DNA of 59,113 nucleotides, counting the filler, from Globobulimina sp. (Eukaryota): assembly GCA_003354225.1 (NCBI GenBank). It is 9 parts of 9 records of this genome, joined end to end, with 100 filler letters (N's around TTAATTAATTAA, not from the genome) between each part and the next. Parts side by side here need not be neighbours in the genome. Positions count along the whole stretch, not along the records: positions 52,667 to 59,113 come from PIVH01000291.1; 8 more parts are not named here. One strand, 5' to 3'. A program made the translations under genes and the position numbers. The notes below the pieces were generated by a model. The model was not told the origin of the DNA. It saw only the letters and a list, made by a program, of their open reading frames with translations, and did no database searches. Shown one piece after another: positions 55,503-59,113 of this stretch; positions within the stretch are counted from its first letter, which is position 1; each line of letters opens with the position of its first letter.

Positions 55503-58331
55503 ATGGAATGGAATAACAAATCTCGGATCATAGTTTGGCTTCAACAAACAACACAGTTCTCAATTTTACATAACATATCGCTGCTTTTACATAATGTGAT
55601 TTGTAACGAAATGATTCTTTTATTAGTTCCATTATTTGCATGGTTATCAGAGCCACGAAAAGGATCAATGTTTGTGATGTTTATATCAGTAACAGGTCTT
55701 TTAAATGCAACACTCAAATGGTTCTTTTTAAGACCGAGACCATTTTGGGCGTCACAAAAAATCAAAAATCTAAGTGGTAAATGGGTAAAGGAACATAGTT
55801 TCCCATCATCTCATGCTCAGCTTTCAAGCACGTTTTCAACACTCGTTTGGTTATTTTATTTAAAGAATAGTAATGACAAATTATTGTTTGTATTTTTCAT
55901 GAAATGTGTTATTATCATATTACCAATTTTAACAGGAATATCACGAATTTATTTGGGCGTTCATTATCCATTTTGTGTAGTGATTGGCTGGATTGTTGGT
56001 ATACTTTATGGATATACAATGCATACATTTTATGTTGATATTATTGAATGGTTTATTAATTTATCAGAAACAAATCATTGGTTGTTTTCTTTCATATTTC
56101 CGATATTAATATATTTAATATTATTTTTAATCAAAGTAACAAACAAACTTTCAAATAAAAAAGTAACTGAAAAATGGATAGAATTAGGCACTAAAAATAC
56201 TTTTGGTAAATTAAAAATTAATGAAACAAATATTATTAAACGAGATTTAAAAGATTATGATTTTCCAATTTGGTCATTATTTGGAGGATTAATTGGAACC
56301 ACTATCAATATAAAATATTTAATGTTAAATAAATTGTCATTTATTGAGGAAACATGTACTTCAAAACATTTGAATATTCAAATTTATCGTGCATTAATTG
56401 GGTACATTGTTTTAATCGGATTTATTGTACCAATTTGTTATGTTTTACCTAAATACATCAAAAAAAAACATAATTTGTGTATTGCAACAACTGTTCAACG
56501 TGTTGGATTTTGTATGTTTGGCATTTGGTTAATATTTGGATTGCCATATTTTGCAAAACAATATTTTGCTCTACAATGTCCCATATTTGAATGTAATAAT
56601 GAATATCAAAATGAATTCGAAACAATTATCGATTTAAATTGCACTCCACCTCAACATATACTACAATTACCAAAAACATTGATAGAACCAATGAATTTAA
56701 ATGAATTACAGAATGAAATAAAATTAGCAAATGAACAAAACTATAAATTAAGAGTTGGTGGTGGATTTAGTTTAATGCCACGTAAATTACATACAAATCA
56801 TTACTATAAAGATACATTTAATGAAACAGTAAAATTTATTTCATTAAGACATTTTAATAAATATGAAACAGTTGAAAACGAAACGAATGGAAATATTTAT
56901 GTGACAGTTGGTGGTGGTTTATATTTAGGAGAGCATTCTGATTTAAATATTTCATGGAATGATACATTAACACAAAAATTGTGGAATGACGGTTTAGCAT
57001 TACCAAATTTAGGTGGATCGACCGCTATGACTGTTGCAGGTTGGTTTAGTACTGGATCACAAGGGTCCGGACTTAAATACTCATCATTTGATTCCATTGT
57101 TGGTATAAAATATGTTAATGGTAAAGGTGAAATGAAACAAGTTTGGAGGAATGATACAAATCCACAACATTTTTATGCTGTCGGTGTTTCAATGGGTTTA
57201 ATTGGAATCATTTATGAATTAATATTTAAAGCAGAACCATTTTACTTCGTTGAATATGCACAACACTTGCAGAATGGGATGCCTTTATCATTTTGGATTC
57301 AACACTTGCAAGATTTTGAAACTGACTATGGAGAAACTTTTTGTGTTTCAGCTATAGATCGAGACGAAGGTGCATTTTGTTATAAATGGCATTCAAATCG
57401 AGTATATTACAATAAAAATGATACAATATTAGATTATTACAATGTTGATGAACTATTTGAATTATTAACATTGAATCAGTACAAATCATTACACATTCGC
57501 AATGCATTTAGCCGTAATCCAACTGAATGTCTTACAAAATATGGTAATAATTTATGTAAATTAAAATATATTGATGATGTAATGTCTAATGATGAAACAA
57601 TTGGTACCCAAAAATGTTTGAAAGCAATTAAAAAACAATACAAATCCGGAACATATTCTTATTTAAATACACATGTCGACATCAATTGTGTCTTAGCGGT
57701 ATCATCATCTTTCGATACATACGATTATAACAAAAAGAATGTATTGAAACAATGGCATAAAGGGTTGGTTTTTGAAATGAGTGCATTTCCATTGTTTACT
57801 GATGAAATTTGTGAAATCATATTTCCTTTATCAGAATCACAAACTGAACAACAATTATTAATATCACTCAGTAAAATGTTTAAAGATGAATCCAAGCCTG
57901 TCGAACTTATTAGTATTTATAAAGGAAAAGCATCACAATTTTGGTTAAGTCCCATGTATAATTCAAATGTTTTGAGAATAAATATTTTTTGTCATATACC
58001 TCAAGATATACATGTAAACTGTAACAAAAAATTTTTGGATTTCATTCAATATTTTGATTCAAATGGTTTTAAATATAGGTTGCATTGGGGAAAAACTATT
58101 CCATTTTTGTCTGATTATTACTTAAATAAAGAAATGATTCCTATTATTCAGAAAATTAAAGATGATTATGTCAAATTAAATCAATTTAAGGAAATAGCAT
58201 CATTACAGGATCCGAATGGTATTTTCAGAACAAAATATTGGGACTCCGTTTTTTGGAAAACACATAATTATGTAACACATGAAGCATTAAAAGATATGCC
58301 ATTAGAACCAGAAAGAAAAGAAGATATTTGA
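55503..58331 (+). CDS. PAP2-family membrane phosphatase fused to FAD-linked sugar-lactone oxidase (ALO/GULO-like)
   Basis: PAP2 motifs KWFFLRPRP, FPSSH, SRIYLGVHY; FAD_binding_4-like ALPNLGGSTAMTVAGWFSTGSQG, VSMGLIGIIYE; ALO C-terminal RLHWGK and QDPNGIF; one uninterrupted ORF. Confidence 0.82.
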   Translation: MEWNNKSRIIVWLQQTTQFSILHNISLLLHNVICNEMILLLVPLFAWLSEPRKGSMFVMFISVTGLLNATLKWFFLRPRPFWASQKIKNLSGKWVKEHSFPSSHAQLSSTFSTLVWLFYLKNSNDKLLFVFFMKCVIIILPILTGISRIYLGVHYPFCVVIGWIVGILYGYTMHTFYVDIIEWFINLSETNHWLFSFIFPILIYLILFLIKVTNKLSNKKVTEKWIELGTKNTFGKLKINETNIIKRDLKDYDFPIWSLFGGLIGTTINIKYLMLNKLSFIEETCTSKHLNIQIYRALIGYIVLIGFIVPICYVLPKYIKKKHNLCIATTVQRVGFCMFGIWLIFGLPYFAKQYFALQCPIFECNNEYQNEFETIIDLNCTPPQHILQLPKTLIEPMNLNELQNEIKLANEQNYKLRVGGGFSLMPRKLHTNHYYKDTFNETVKFISLRHFNKYETVENETNGNIYVTVGGGLYLGEHSDLNISWNDTLTQKLWNDGLALPNLGGSTAMTVAGWFSTGSQGSGLKYSSFDSIVGIKYVNGKGEMKQVWRNDTNPQHFYAVGVSMGLIGIIYELIFKAEPFYFVEYAQHLQNGMPLSFWIQHLQDFETDYGETFCVSAIDRDEGAFCYKWHSNRVYYNKNDTILDYYNVDELFELLTLNQYKSLHIRNAFSRNPTECLTKYGNNLCKLKYIDDVMSNDETIGTQKCLKAIKKQYKSGTYSYLNTHVDINCVLAVSSSFDTYDYNKKNVLKQWHKGLVFEMSAFPLFTDEICEIIFPLSESQTEQQLLISLSKMFKDESKPVELISIYKGKASQFWLSPMYNSNVLRINIFCHIPQDIHVNCNKKFLDFIQYFDSNGFKYRLHWGKTIPFLSDYYLNKEMIPIIQKIKDDYVKLNQFKEIASLQDPNGIFRTKYWDSVFWKTHNYVTHEALKDMPLEPERKEDI

Positions 58332-58617
58332 TTATAAAGTTTAGTAATTTGGGCGTTCAAAACCACACATGCATTTGAAAATTTGATCGTCAAAAAAAAA
58401 ATAAACAAATAAAACCAATTATTGTGGTTTTAATTTATTATTGTGCAGTTATTTATTGTGCTTTTAATACACTCATTTCAAAAACCAACCCTTTATGCCA
58501 CTGTTTCAATATATTCTTTTTCTTAAGCGACTATTAGTTTTTGACGCTTCAAAAATGCTACAAAGTCATTCAATATATTTACGCTTCCAATTTATCATTT
58601 GAGTCTTTATCAGAGAC

Positions 58618-58700
58618 GAATGCACTTTCACTGTACCATGAGCTGTAATTGCACTTTTATCGTATGAATGCACTTTTACTGTACCATGAGCTGTAATTGT
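58618..58700. repeat. Tandem duplication, ~48-bp period
   Basis: GAATGCACTTT(C/T)ACTGTACCATGAGCTGTAATTG occurs twice. Confidence 0.8.
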
Positions 58701-59113
58701 TGAACCAAGGAAAAACTCAAAGCCTGCCTGCGAAGTGCGAACATTTCCCTTCAAAGATGGCAAATGAGAGCCTTTTGCAAATGTTAAGATGGGCACACAC
58801 AATAATCAGTATCATATTAGGTCTAATTGGTCATTATTGGTATTTCAGTTGGACAAATTACTGGTGGACATTGATACCTGTAGCAATATGGAACAGTACA
58901 TTTGTTTGTATCAGATAGACCATGGAAAAATATTGAAATAATGAAATTGAATGGATTTACATCTACACACATTTGGGGATATGCTATTTTTAACATGCTT
59001 GATATTGCGCCCCTGTGTAATCATCAGGGTATTGAATATGTTTATTGTGATAATTAAATATTAGTTTATTTAGTTTCTCAATTGATTCAGAAAACCTCAG
59101 CTAAACGCAATCA

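Overview
This window is not one locus. It holds nine unrelated ~6.45-6.5 kb contigs in decreasing length order, joined by artificial 100-nt N spacers carrying TTAATTAATTAA. The DNA is from an AT-rich eukaryote with short GT-AG introns. The gene content suggests a protist, possibly a foraminiferan or other rhizarian (inference only). Contigs 1 (minus strand) and 4 (plus strand) are two very divergent tyrosine-recombinase (DIRS/Ngaro-type) retrotransposons with the order ORF1 - Gag/Zn-finger - RT/RNase H - YR. The main observation is that in both elements the Gag, RT-RH and YR frames begin right at a 3' splice acceptor. All three acceptors share the phase of one GT donor at the end of ORF1 (phase 1 in element 1, phase 0 in element 2). 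This suggests expression by one-donor/three-acceptor alternative splicing. Element 2 also has rod-like terminal hairpins and a duplicated structured motif in its predicted intron. Host genes are CAND1, a CPA2 antiporter with an ACT-like tail, a two-DOMON protein, a RelA/SpoT-like+SAM+WH2-like+FKBP protein, an N-myristoylated Rab8-like GTPase next to a SAM ORF, a 7TM protein, an ART-like protein, a Cys-less pentameric ligand-gated channel, a giant IPT/Cys-rich/ELWxxDGT surface protein, an actin-like pseudogene and a PAP2-lactone oxidase fusion. There are also several MITEs and a bacterial M28 peptidase fragment joined to a host gene.
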